A DNA stretch of 63,764 nucleotides, the filler included, from Octopus bimaculoides (lineage: Eukaryota): NCBI RefSeq assembly GCF_001194135.2. It is 6 parts of 6 records of this genome, joined end to end, with 100 filler letters (N's around TTAATTAATTAA, not from the genome) between each part and the next. Parts side by side here need not be neighbours in the genome. Positions count along the whole stretch, not along the records: positions 28,369 to 52,467 come from NC_068990.1; positions 52,568 to 57,979 come from NC_069004.1; positions 58,080 to 59,108 come from NW_026423407.1; positions 59,209 to 62,382 come from NC_068999.1; 2 more parts are not named here. One strand, written 5' to 3'. Made by a program: the position numbers and the translations under genes. The notes below the pieces were generated by a model. The model was given only the letters and a program-made list of their open reading frames with translations. It was not told where the DNA came from and did not search any database. Of this stretch, positions 51,267 to 62,482 are shown piece by piece. The stretch's first letter is position 1. Each line of letters starts with the position of its first letter.

Positions 51267-51418
51267 CGGGCTTCTTTCAGTTTCCGTCTACCAAATCCAC
51301 TCACAAGGCTTTGGTCGACCCGAGGCTATAGTAGAAGACACTTGCCCAAGATGCCGCGCAGTAGGACTGAACCTGGAACCATGTGGTTGGTAAGCAAGCT
51401 ACTTACCACACAGTCACT
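51025..51418 (-). mobile_element. Full-length family-C SINE (tRNA head, CORE-like region, internal TA microsatellite, CR1-like tail)
   Basis: Head GTGTGGTAAGTAGCTT...GGTTCAGTCC, TGGGCAAGTGTCTT. Tail GGTGGTGCTCCAGCATGGCCGCAG...CTGAAACAAG. Confidence 0.88.
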
Positions 51419-51590
51419 CAAAGAATTATTTACGAAGAACTCATGAACTGAAGTAATATGTTTCATAGAAAATTGTGTTTGTGGTTGTAGATTAGAGTAC
51501 TATTTGAAGTACATACAGTATGGACTACAGTACTACTTGAAGTACAGACAGGAAAGGGCGGAGTATTATTTAAAGTATAGTGGTATAATG

Positions 51591-51805
51591 TTAACCCTTT
51601 AACATTTAAATTGGCCATATTCTATCTGTTTTATGTTCAAATTGGCAAGATCCAGCCTCTCACACCTACCCTACAATGTCAGACTACAAATAAATAATCA
51701 TATCTTTGAAATCTCAAAGCTATGAGATAACACAGGATTAATTTTATAAAATGTGCATATATAAGTATGACGTTTGACAAAGTAATCTGAATGCTAAAGG
51801 GTTAA
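51591..51805. mobile_element. piggyBac-like MITE, complete
   Basis: TTAA at both ends. TIR CCCTTTAACATTTAAAT versus CCCTTTAGCATTCAGAT (reverse complement of the right end). Confidence 0.8.
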
Positions 51806-52224
51806 AGTACAGATGGTATGGACTAGAGTACTATTTGAAGTACATCAAGCAGATGTAGGCTCCTAGTAAGGTGAATCCATATGGTTAAAATTTCATCAAC
51901 ATCAAAAATATATGAATTTTCATGGGGGTTATAGCCGTTATGCATAGAATATAATTTCCAAATTTCATAAAGATCCATTCAGTACTTTTGACGTAGTTTT
52001 GGATAAAAAAAAACAACTGACTAATGTGTGTGTGTATGGGTATATATATGTATAGATATCTGTATGCATGTATATATGTGTACATATTACATGTACATCT
52101 ATATATATATACATCTACAAATATGTATACATATACATGTATGCATATAGATCTATATATATATATATATCTATACATGTACATATACATCTATATGTAT
52201 ACATATATATATCTATATATATCA

Positions 52225-52467
52225 TCATCATCATCATCATCATCATTTAACGTCCGCTTTCCATGCTAGCATGGGTTGGACGATGTGACTGAGGACTGGT
52301 GAAACCGGATGACAACACCAGGCTCCAATCTAATTTGGCAGAGTTTCTACAGCTGGATGCCCTTCCTAACGCCAACCACTCAGAGAGTGTAGTGGGTGCT
52401 TTTACGTGTCACCCGCACGAAAACGGCCACGCTCAAAATGGTGTCTTTTATGTGCCACCCGCACAAG
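52225..52467 (-). mobile_element. RTE 3' UTR / family-B copy, truncated by a contig join
   Basis: Near-identical to 48202-48440 and 57670-57910. Confidence 0.85.
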
Positions 52468-52567
52468 NNNNNNNNNNNNNNNNNNNNNNNNNNNNNNNNN
52501 NNNNNNNNNNNTTAATTAATTAANNNNNNNNNNNNNNNNNNNNNNNNNNNNNNNNNNNNNNNNNNNN
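52468..52567. other. Artificial contig-join spacer
   Basis: N44-TTAATTAATTAA-N44. Confidence 0.92.
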
Positions 52568-52660
52568 TTAGGTTTATGCCGATAACGTTTCCCCTCTGCA
52601 AGCTCACCATAAAACAGCTGTTTCGGCATGCGTTCATCTGCCATTCGAACAATATGGCCA
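52568..52660 (-). mobile_element. RTE LINE fragment
   Basis: [29 protein letters not shown]. Confidence 0.85.
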
Positions 52661-52684
52661 CACCATCTCAATTATATATATATA

Positions 52685-52872
52685 TATATATATACATACC
52701 TATATATGACGGGCTTCTTTCAGTTTCCATCTACCAAATCCACTGACAAGGCTTTGGTCGGCCTGAGGCTATAGTAGAAGACACTTGCCCAAGGTGCCAC
52801 GCAGTGGGAATGAACCCAGAACCATGTGGTTGGTAAGCAAGCTACTTACCACACAGCCACTCCTGCGCCTAT
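52685..52872 (-). mobile_element. Family-C SINE 5' half
   Basis: Reverse-complement head AGGCGCAGGAGTGGCTGTGTGGTAAG and CORE-like segment. Confidence 0.85.
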
Positions 52873-53928
52873 ATGTTTTTTGTCTGCATGTGTTTACGTT
52901 ATGCGTATTTCAGTATTATGATTACCTGCCATGTATTTGTGTACATCGTTAATATATAAATGGATGTGTGTGTCTATCTCCAAAACTCCAAAGTTGAGTA
53001 ACGGTTTCATGTTTGGATTTGTAGACTACGATAAGAATAACACTGGTCAACAAAGAATTTGTCCCAAGACAAAAGAATACCTGTAGCTTATATGTTTTTG
53101 CATGCAGAATTCAAGAATAATGTCAAATTATCTGTACTAAGTTCACATATTCCATATTCATAATGCCAAAGAAACTGTATAAACATCGCAAACAACTTTT
53201 GCTATATATGAAAAATATGTAAAATATAAAGACAATTGACAAAAAATATCTATAATAAAATCCTAATTGATAAATATAATTTTTTCTTAAAACAAAACAT
53301 GCAGGTGAAGTAAATCCCATAGTGTGTTCCACTTGCATGCTGTGTATCAACACAGCATGCAGGTGGAAGTACCAGTTGATCACTGGGGTTGATGTAATTG
53401 ACTTGCCCTCCTCTGAAATTGCTGGCCTTGTGCTAAAATGTGAAACCATTATTTGCTCTAAGTTCAAATCATGCCAAGATTAACTTCACCTTTTAATCCT
53501 TTCGGATAAAATAAAGCATCAGTCATATACACACTTGTTGAGGGGCCCCAAATTTCAGCTACAAAACCATTTTCTATGGTAGTTGTAGNNNNNNNNNNNN
53601 NNNNNNNNNNNNNNNNNNNNNNNNNNNNNNNNNNNNNNNNNNNNNNNNNNNNNNNNNNNNNNNNNNNNNNNNNNNNNNNNNNNNNNNNNNNNNNNNNNNN
53701 NNNNNNNNNNNNNNNNNNNNNNNNNNNNNNNNNNNNNNNNNNNNNNNNNNNNNNNNNNNNNNNNNNNNNNNNNNNNNNNNNNNNNNNNNNNNNNNNNNNN
53801 NNNNAAGACATATCTTCCTCTCTTCTGCAAGTCATCCTCCTCCCCCCTCCCTTCTCCTTCCATTTTGAATGTTTCATTTAAACCTCCCACCCCTTCTCTG
53901 TCATTCTGTGTGGATTCACACTCACGCA

Positions 53929-53968
<40 letters not shown>

Positions 53969-54675
53969 GTCACTGACACATAAACACCATAGATATTTCA
54001 TAAACAAGTTTCTACAAATACTTTGTATATATGTATATGTACAAATATATATATATATACATACATACATACATACATACATACATACATACATACCGTG
54101 GGCACACATTTATTCAACAAGTGTAAGTTTCAATATATATATATATATATGTATATAGTATATATGTATATATATTTATATATGTGTGTGTGTATATCTA
54201 TATGTAGAAATAAATGCGTATATGCATACACATCTCTATACATAGCTGTGTATGTATAAATGGGTGCGTATGTGCATATTATATTTGTGTGTGTGTGTGT
54301 GTGGAGAGAGAGAGGTGGTGGTGAGGAAAATGTGTATGTATACATGTTTGTATGTATATCTGTGAAAAGACGTGTGTGTGTGTGTGTGTGTGTGTATTTA
54401 TTGAATGGTACAGAAGTTGGGTAGGTGGTGGGTAGGGGGAGCAGAGGCTGGAAGAAAGATGAGTAAAGAAGGAAAACTGTAACTGGCTGAAAGCAAGAGG
54501 TGATGTTCTGTGAGTGCTTATACCCAAACCATTCCCCACAACCAATGCTGCTGCCACCACCACCACCACCACCACCACAACTACCACTACTACTACTATT
54601 ACTACTACAAGTACTACTTCTTCTAATACTACTACATCTACCACCACCACCACCACCACCACCACCACTACCCCT

Positions 54676-54719
<44 letters not shown>

Positions 54720-55449
54720 TTTATTACCAGAAGCATCTATATAAGGGGCAGAAGTGAAAAGAGGCTGTCCTGATCCATAATCACAATTGCCACCACCACC
54801 ACCACCACCACCACCACTGCCATCGCCACTACCAAGGGTGTAGTAAATTAAACTTCTCCCTTACACTAAACACCCCCTGGAATTTATACAGTCCATCACT
54901 ACTGGCTGGTTGGTGTCTGCCAAAACTTGTCAATGATGTACAGAATACTTTTTCTTCTTCTCATCACAGCTTTAACATGTCACAGTAAGGACCAGACCTT
55001 TTTTGCTACCCCTTTCTTTATCTAAGTTAACCCCTTATTCTCTCTCTTCCTTAGTTTCTTTATTATTATTATGTTAGTCTATTCATGTTTTTTTTTTTCA
55101 AATTATTGTTGTTTTTCTTATTGATGATGTTCTAAGGGCCTCTCCCTTTATTTTTTTCTTTCTCTCTCTCATGTACCTATGTATACATGCATTCATATAC
55201 ACACATACAATCACCCCCTTTGCTCTCTCTCTCTCTCTCTCTCTCTCTCTTTAAAGCTATCCACATGTACCCTGTTTCTATTCCCTACCTCACTTCAAAC
55301 CTTTCATTCTGCTTCCAGTGGCACTGTTTCCACTTCACACAGACTCAACTCCAATCCTGAGAAAAGCATGAATGACACATACTCACATTTTCCTTACTGC
55401 ATCCATAGATATAATGTTTAGGGACTTTGTAAAAGATTCTTGTTATTAT

Positions 55450-55667
55450 TTTAGGCTGCAAGCTGATAGACTCATTAGCATGCAGGGCAAAATGCTTGGC
55501 AGCATTTCATCTGTCATCATGATCTAAGTTCAAATTCTGCCAAGGTCAACTTTGACTTTCATCTTAGTAGGATCAATGAAATGAGTACCAGTTATATACT
55601 GGGGTTAATATAATTCACTAGCACCCACCTCCCCCAAATTTCAGGCCTTGTGCCTATAGCAGAAAGA

Positions 55668-55709
<42 letters not shown>

Positions 55710-56265
55710 TTTATTATTTTTAATATTTTTATTATTATTAAGGCTGGCAGAATCGTTAGCATGCTGGGCAAAATGTTTAGCAGTATTTCGTCTGTCCTAT
55801 ACATTCTGAGTTGAAATGCTGCTGAGATTGACTTTGCCTTTCACTCTTTCGGAGTTGATGAAATGAGTACCAGTTGGGTACTGGGGTGGATGTAATTGAC
55901 TAGCCCCTCCCACCAAATTTCAGGCCTTATGCCTTTAGTAGAAAGGATTATTATTATTATTGTTCAGTAGTTTTATTTTTATAACGTGCTTTCACTTCAC
56001 TACCGAGCGCAGCTCTGTGCACCTTGGGTATGTGCTGTGGTTTGCTGTGATGCTCTTATGGTTACTGTATTGAAAGTGTTTTGCGTAGGATGTGTGCAGT
56101 GCCCAGTAGTGCAATTTTCTGTATGTTATATATATTTGTAAGTCCTGGTGTTTTTGTTATGTATTTGTCTGAATATTTTTTTATTATACCTAAGGCACCT
56201 ACTATGATAGGAATTGTTTCTGTTTTTAGATTCCACATTCGAGTTACCTCTATTTCCAGGTTTTT

Positions 56266-56329
<64 letters not shown>

Positions 56330-56560
56330 GGCAACCAGCTGGCAGAATCATTAGCACATCGGGTGAAATGCTTTACAGCATTTCGTCTGTCTACACATTC
56401 TGAGTTCAAATGTTGCCAAATTCAACTCTGCCTTTCATCCTTTTGGGGTCAATAAAATACATACCAGTTCAGTACTGGGGTCAATGTAATCGACTTAATA
56501 CCTCTCCTGAAGTTGCTGGCCTTGTGCCAAAATTTGAAACCATTATTGTTGTTGTTAATT
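55450..56560 (+). mobile_element. Head-to-tail array of three family-D SINEs with (ATT)n/(GTT)n tails
   Basis: D bodies at about 55450-55720, 55738-55960 and 56327-56560. Confidence 0.82.
55962..56268 (-). mobile_element. R4/Dong-clade non-LTR retrotransposon, 5'-truncated 3' end
   Basis: 56062-56268 is open: YKNLEIEVTRMWNLKTETIPIIVGALGIIKKYSDKYITKTPGLTNIYNIQKIALLGTAHILRKTLSIQ* (RLE C-terminus, PIIVGALG and QKxALLGTAxILR motifs). A short UTR follows; (TAA)n lies on both sides. Confidence 0.85.
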
Positions 56561-56887
56561 TGTAAGGACATAGGCTGTAACAGAAACGCTTAACACCTTT
56601 TGTTGGTGGAAGTGACCAACACTGTTTTAGCCAATACATCCTAATTTCGGTTGATGCCTGTATCAGCATCACCTTTCATCCTTTTAGTGATCTGACCATC
56701 TATAAAAGTATCCATCTAGGTGATTCTGGGTGAGGGATGTCAGTGTGAGAGAAATCCTCTTGAGTACTACAGCATATACTGTTGTTGTCATCATCATCAT
56801 TGTAGTATGCAACCCTCAGTTGCACTTGCAGTAAGTTGAAGAAATCATTTCATTTGATTTCTGTTATTTAATTTTAAATTGTCCACA

Positions 56888-57265
56888 AGTACAAGCATGG
56901 CTGTGTGGTAACAAGCTTGCTTTCCAACCACGTGGTTCTAGGTTCAGTCCACAGTGTGACACCTTGGACAAGTGTCTTCTACTATACCCTTGGGTTGACC
57001 AAAGCCTTGTCAGTTGATGGAAACTGAAAGAAGCCCATCATGTGTGTGTGTCTGTGTTTGTCTCTCCTTCCACTGCTTGACAATTGGTGATGGTGTGTTT
57101 GCATCCTCATAACTTAGCAGTTCAGCAAAAAGAAACCGATATAAAAAGTATGCGGCTTAACAATAATATAAGTACTGAGGTCAATTCATTCAACTAAAAA
57201 TTCTTCAAGGTGATGCTTCAACATGGCCACAGTCTAATGACTGAAACAAGTAAAAGATAAAAGAT
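56888..57265 (+). mobile_element. Full-length family-C SINE
   Basis: Head, CORE-like region, (TG)n spacer, and tail ending CTGAAACAAGTAAAAGATAAAAGA. Confidence 0.85.
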
Positions 57266-57669
57266 TTTGAATTAAAACACCATCATAATTATATGTAAGA
57301 ACTTTGTTTTATGAAATTGTGTTCAAAACATCAGTTAAATGAGAAAATAAGTAATTAGCACAACAACCCTCTTGACACTTGACACAAATTCACACAAAAA
57401 TATTTTGCAAACCAAATACAAAATCAAAACAAGTAATTTTGCTAAATTCCTCCTTCTTGAGGACCGTTTCTGCTTCTTTGATACAAAATCCTTCACTTTG
57501 AAATGTTAATAGAAATATTAATATTGAAATTAAAATACTTCCATCATAATTTTTATGTAAGAACTTTTCATTAAATTATGTTCCTGACACCAGTGTATTA
57601 ATTACTAAGTTAGTTATTCCAGTAAATTATTGATTGCTTCTAGATTTGATTAAAACACACAGGACGGTG

Positions 57670-57979
57670 TCATCATCATCATCATCATCATCGTTTAACG
57701 TCCGCTTTCCATGCTAGCATGGGTTGGACGATTTGACTGAGGACTGGTGAAACCGGATGGCAACACCAGGCTCCAGTCTGATTTGGCAGAGTTTCTACAG
57801 CTGGATGCCCTTCCTAACGCCAACCACTCAGAGAGTGTAGTGGGTGCTTTTACGTGTCACCCGCACGAAAACGGCCACGCTCGAAATGGTGTCTTTTATG
57901 TGCCACCCGCACAAGCCAGTCCAGGGGCACTGGCAACGATCTCGCTCGAAAATCCTACAGGAGCCAGTCAGGCGGTACT
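57670..57979 (-). mobile_element. RTE 3' UTR / family-B copy, truncated by a contig join
   Basis: Near-identical to 52225-52467. Confidence 0.85.
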
Positions 57980-58079
57980 NNNNNNNNNNNNNNNNNNNNN
58001 NNNNNNNNNNNNNNNNNNNNNNNTTAATTAATTAANNNNNNNNNNNNNNNNNNNNNNNNNNNNNNNNNNNNNNNNNNNN
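57980..58079. other. Artificial contig-join spacer
   Basis: N44-TTAATTAATTAA-N44. Confidence 0.92.
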
Positions 58080-58204
58080 GTCCATAACAGCCTCATCAAG
58101 TAGTACCACCTGTCCTTCAGAGACGGCAAGTATAGAGACAGACACACACACTGTACTTTCACTTCTCTTTGCTTCTGAAACAAATTTCCTATTTACAATT
58201 TCAG

Positions 58205-58269
58205 CTGATCCCAACACACTGTTCCGAGGGAACTCCCTAGCGACGAAGTCTATGGACCATTTTATGAAG
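58205..58269 (+). CDS. RasGAP-domain exon of a GAP1-family gene (RASAL1/RASA4-like)
   Basis: TTTCAG|CT GAT CCC ... ATG AAG|GTAAGA encodes DPNTLFRGNSLATKSMDHFMK, which carries the FRxNS arginine-finger motif. Phase 1 to phase 0. Confidence 0.9.
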
Positions 58270-58351
58270 GTAAGAACAGCCAGTTAATGGACCCACAACT
58301 TAAAACTAACCCCTCTCTGCTTTTCTCTCTCTCCTTCTTGTTTCACTGGTC

Positions 58352-58540
58352 ATCCTTCAAAGAACCCTGTCAAGAATTCCTGCACTTCCAAGCAGTTCCA
58401 AGATTTTTGGAGGTGTTCTACCTTCACACTTGCACCAATCTTTTTCAGCCCCATGGTGGTAGTTGAGTGTCGATACTTCCAAGTGCTCCAGTTACTTCTG
58501 CTATCACGTCTACTCTCTTCATTGAACACAACCTTCGTGT
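58352..58540 (-). mobile_element. Decayed R4/Dong-like fragment in the RasGAP intron
   Basis: TGALGSID...KKIGASVKVEHLQK...GTA..IL, with frameshifts. Confidence 0.55.
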
Positions 58541-58609
58541 TTCTCACTTTAAATCGTTCTAGTTGTTCATTTCTTCTTCTTCTTTCTCTTTGTGGCATTT
58601 CGTCCATCT

Positions 58610-58775
58610 TTACATTCTCTCACTTCAAATCCCGCCAAGGTTTACTTTGCCTTTCATCCTTTTAGGTTCAATAAATTAAATACCAGTTGAGCACTGGGGG
58701 TTGATGCAATCGACTCGTTCCCTCCGCAACAATTTCAAGCCTTGTGCTTAGACGAGAAAGGATTATTCTTATTAT
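58610..58775 (+). mobile_element. Family-D SINE 3' part
   Basis: TACTTTGCCTTTCATCC...TACCAGTTGAGCACTGG...GAAAGG(ATT)n. Confidence 0.75.
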
Positions 58776-58903
58776 TGTTGTTTTCGTTTTGCTTTCCTTT
58801 CTTCAAGTTGCAGCCAAGTCTCAACCAGGGACTTTTAAGGGACAGTCAACACCAATGGTTGGTTTGTTGTTTGATATTCTTTATTACAATTGTTTATTGC
58901 CAG

Positions 58904-59013
58904 GTGGTGGGTCTTCACTATTTACAAGAGACGCTGGGTCACGTGATAGACCAAGTGTATGGGGACCGAAGAATTGTGGAGCTGGACCCAACGAGGGTTG
59001 ATAGTATTAAAAG
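58904..59013 (+). CDS. Next RasGAP-domain exon (RASAL1/RASA4-like)
   Basis: TTGCCAG|GTG ... AAA AG|GTATAA encodes VVGLHYLQETLGHVIDQVYGDRRIVELDPTRVDSIK(R/S). In frame with 58205-58269; fits GxxYLxxxL...ELDP. Confidence 0.9.
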
Positions 59014-59108
59014 GTATAAGCTTTCTCTCCCTCTCTTTCTCTCCCTCTCTTTCTCTGTCTGTCTATCTTTCACATGTAGATACATACACACACACACACA
59101 CACACACA

Positions 59109-59208
59109 NNNNNNNNNNNNNNNNNNNNNNNNNNNNNNNNNNNNNNNNNNNNTTAATTAATTAANNNNNNNNNNNNNNNNNNNNNNNNNNNNNNNNNNNN
59201 NNNNNNNN
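59109..59208. other. Artificial contig-join spacer
   Basis: N44-TTAATTAATTAA-N44. Confidence 0.92.
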
Positions 59209-59335
59209 AGAAGAAGAAGAAGAAGAAGAAGAAGAAGAAGAAGAAGAAGAAGAAGAAGAAGAAGAAGAAGAAGAAGAAGAAGAAGAAGAAGAAGAAGAAG
59301 AAGAAGGAGGAGGAGGAGGAGGAAGAGGAGGAGGC
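59209..59335. repeat. (GAA)n/(GGA)n microsatellite
   Basis: Direct reading. Confidence 0.95.
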
Positions 59336-59894
59336 CTTTTATTTTCCACGGGGGCAGCTGATAAGGAAGACATTGAAAGGCGTGTTTACAATCTGTGTTG
59401 GCACAAAAAGGTGAGAGGAAGAAAGGGGGCGGGAAGATTAGATAGAAAAATATAAAATGAAACAATATGACACCATGTGTATGATGCAGTCCTTCAAGGG
59501 AGTCTCCAACTAGGATCAATCAAGGAAGCCCACAGCTCCAGAATCACTCTAACAATCCAGGATACAAGCCCTTGCAAATGGTTATAGCAGCTCCACTAAT
59601 CCTAATCATTTTGCCACAGTCACCCACCTTTTGACAAATTCAGTGGGAGAGAGTACCTCCCTCTCCATCCTCACTTTTCTTTCCAAACGGAACTTAGAAA
59701 AGTCGATGAAGGCTTGACCGAAGAAAGAGATATCTGTCCACAGTCATTTCAACCTCATCCACTACACAACCTCTTACGACAATAGTAACTAGACAGACAA
59801 ATACAGCTTACTCCACCTTGTTAAAGATGGGTGATCGTAGGTAGGTAGGTAGGTAAGTAGGTAGGTAGGTAGGTAGGTAGGTAGGTAGGTAGGC

Positions 59895-59957
<63 letters not shown>

Positions 59958-60121
59958 CGTGTGTGTGAATATATGATTGAAAATACACACATACATTACT
60001 TGATTTTCGTCAAATTTGACGGTGTCATTTATTTGTGAAATGTTTTCACTAAAATCCAGAGGTCGAAAGAAAATTATTACATAGGTTAGTTATGTCTAAT
60101 CCCACATAATGAATGTTATAA

Positions 60122-61156
60122 ATGCAAGATGCATTCCAGAAGTTTTCAGACTTTTTCAAGGGAGACATTTATTAATTTTAAAAAAAGTGTCATGCTCTAA
60201 TTTTTTTTCAGAGTAGAATCCTCTAACTTGAATGCATTTGTTATGGCGCTCCAGCCACTTCGCCAAAGCCCTATGGAAGTCCTCCAAAATGAAGGTATCC
60301 AGGATCCTTGGCACAGCCTCCTTCATCTTCATAACTACTGCTCCTGAAGTTCTCCTTCAGCTTGGAGAACAACCGAAAGTTACAGAACGCAAAAGTCTGA
60401 ACTGTAAGAAGGGTGAAAGACAGTTTTGATGCCCATCGCTGACAAGGAGTTGGTTACCAAGATGCTCGTCACTGAGCACCCTGAGAACAAACTTAGTCCA
60501 AATTTTGCACAAATTCAGAGCTTCATAAAATAACTCTGTGTACTGTCCACACTGACTCCGGATTGTATGCTTATTGTCACTATGGGTACAGGACGGTTTT
60601 CATCCAGGAAATTCCGAATTTTCTCAACCACATCTCTCATTGTCTCAAATCCTCTCTATCGTCCTTGAAACTCTTGTGCCAGCGAAAAAGTTAATCCTTA
60701 AGCCGTCTGGAACATTACATAAGTTTCTGTAGCGTTTTTACCCAGCTTAACAAAATTTTTATTTCATAGCGAGCTTCCAAATTGTCTTTACGCTCCACTG
60801 TATCCTGAAAACTAGTCAACTGTAACAAGCAGTGTTTAGTAGAGTGTGTTCAATGTGCTTTTATAGCCGTCTCCTTCAATCTGGAATAACAAAAATTGAC
60901 AGATCAGTTTATTAGAACTTATTACAACTTCCAAATCGTCTTCACGTCCCGACTGCTTTCTGAAAACTAGTCGACCGTGACAGACAGTGTTTAGTAAGGT
61001 GTATTCAATGTGCTTTTATAGCTGTCTTTTTCAATCAGGAATGAAAGTTGGCCGATGAGCTTATTAGATGTATCGTAATAGTACACTAAAATTACAGTAA
61101 ATAAGAACTGTTATAAACTGCCTCTCCTAAAATAAGTAACAAAACTTCTGGAATGC
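60122..61156 (-). mobile_element. Decayed, internally deleted mariner transposon
   Basis: 16-bp exact inverted repeat GCATTCCAGAAGTTTT (60131-60146 / 61141-61156). Minus-strand remnants ARYEIK..KLGKNATET, WHKxFK, KFVLRVL, HPSYSSD (YSPDL-like) and KWLERHNKCIQVRG. Confidence 0.85.
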
Positions 61157-61159
61157 CCA

Positions 61160-61922
61160 GAGATATCATCACTCGACATGAGTGATGATACCTCTTTCCA
61201 AGGGCACATTACCAGGATGGTGACAAAGTGAAAACGACTGGCTGGCTGGATCCTGAGAACATTTAGAACTAGAGATAAGAAAACCATGATGGTCCTCTGG
61301 AGAACAGTCGTCCTCAGCCGCCTGGATTACTGCTCACAGCTATGGTCACCCACCAGTGTGAAATTAACAGCGGACCTTGAAGCAATCCAGAGAAGATTCA
61401 CAAAAAAGATCGTCTCTTTGCAATTGCTCAGCTACTGGGAAAGGCTGAAACAGCTAAAACTCTACTCCTTGGAGAGAAGGCGGGAGAGATATGCAGTAAT
61501 ATACATCTGGAAGATCCTGGAAGGAATTGTGCAAAATTTTGGCATTGAAAGCTACACCAATGCCAGAACGGGACGACACTGCATAGTGCCAAAGATCCCA
61601 GCAACACCATCGCGCTTCAGGTCCAGTTAATGCAACAGTTTGGGTTTCAGGAACCCACAGCTTTTTAATATTCTCCCAAAGAGCCTGAGGAACCTGCATA
61701 AAGTAGATGTAATCGTTTTTAAATCAAAGCTGGACCTCTTCATGTCGAGAGTCCCAGATGAACCTACCTCACGGCAAGAGGTCCAAATGAAGATAGCTAC
61801 ATCAAACTCCATTCTTCACCAAGTGTCACATATTGGAGGAGGATCTCAGAAATAAAAGTGTAGCAAAACGGCGGTGCATCGGCACGGTCGCAGCTCTGAG
61901 CTGAAACTGCAGAAAGAAAAAA
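61160..61922 (+). mobile_element. CR1-clade LINE, 5'-truncated
   Basis: One frame with two premature stops: ...GWILRTF...LSRLDYCSQLWSP...LEAIQRRFTKKI...YWERLKQLKLYSLERRR...FKSKLDLF. Stop at 61855, then a 65-bp 3' UTR and A-rich end. Confidence 0.9.
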
Positions 61923-62329
61923 TGCACCACGTGCATTATTTTGGGGAACGACGCTGACTGAAATTTTGTCGACCGTCTTACGTACTTTTTTCGCAATGCT
62001 AATCAGAATATGAGGGACAGTGCTGCTGCAACTAACGCCGATGCTGCTGCCACGGCAATCATCCTAAACCATATCGGAAAGAAAGCGTTTGACCGATTAG
62101 CTCACCTAAATATTGCAAACGTTAACCCACAGGCAAACTGTAGTTAATTGTTTTTTATCTTCTTATTTTTATTGCTACACTAACAGTTTCTGTTCCTCCT
62201 CTGAATTGGTGAGTCACCTCCGTCAAATAAACCTTAAACACTCGCTTTTTCCTTCTTGTGACTAATGTGTCTCGGTCAACATATTCCACACAAAACACTT
62301 ATAAAGAGACCAAAAAGTGCATCTCTCCA

Positions 62330-62382
<53 letters not shown>

Positions 62383-62482
62383 NNNNNNNNNNNNNNNNNN
62401 NNNNNNNNNNNNNNNNNNNNNNNNNNTTAATTAATTAANNNNNNNNNNNNNNNNNNNNNNNNNNNNNNNNNNNNNNNNNNNN
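62383..62482. other. Artificial contig-join spacer
   Basis: N44-TTAATTAATTAA-N44. Confidence 0.92.

Noticed and set aside
51880-52020. Segment resembling a non-autonomous Helitron/Helentron end
   Set aside because: The resemblance is from memory only. There is no second copy, terminal hairpin or clear boundary in the window.
59358-59410. Exon-like segment ending AAG|GTGAGA after the RasGAP exons
   Set aside because: Joining it to the phase-2 end at 59013 gives an immediate TGA, and the acceptor tract is poor.
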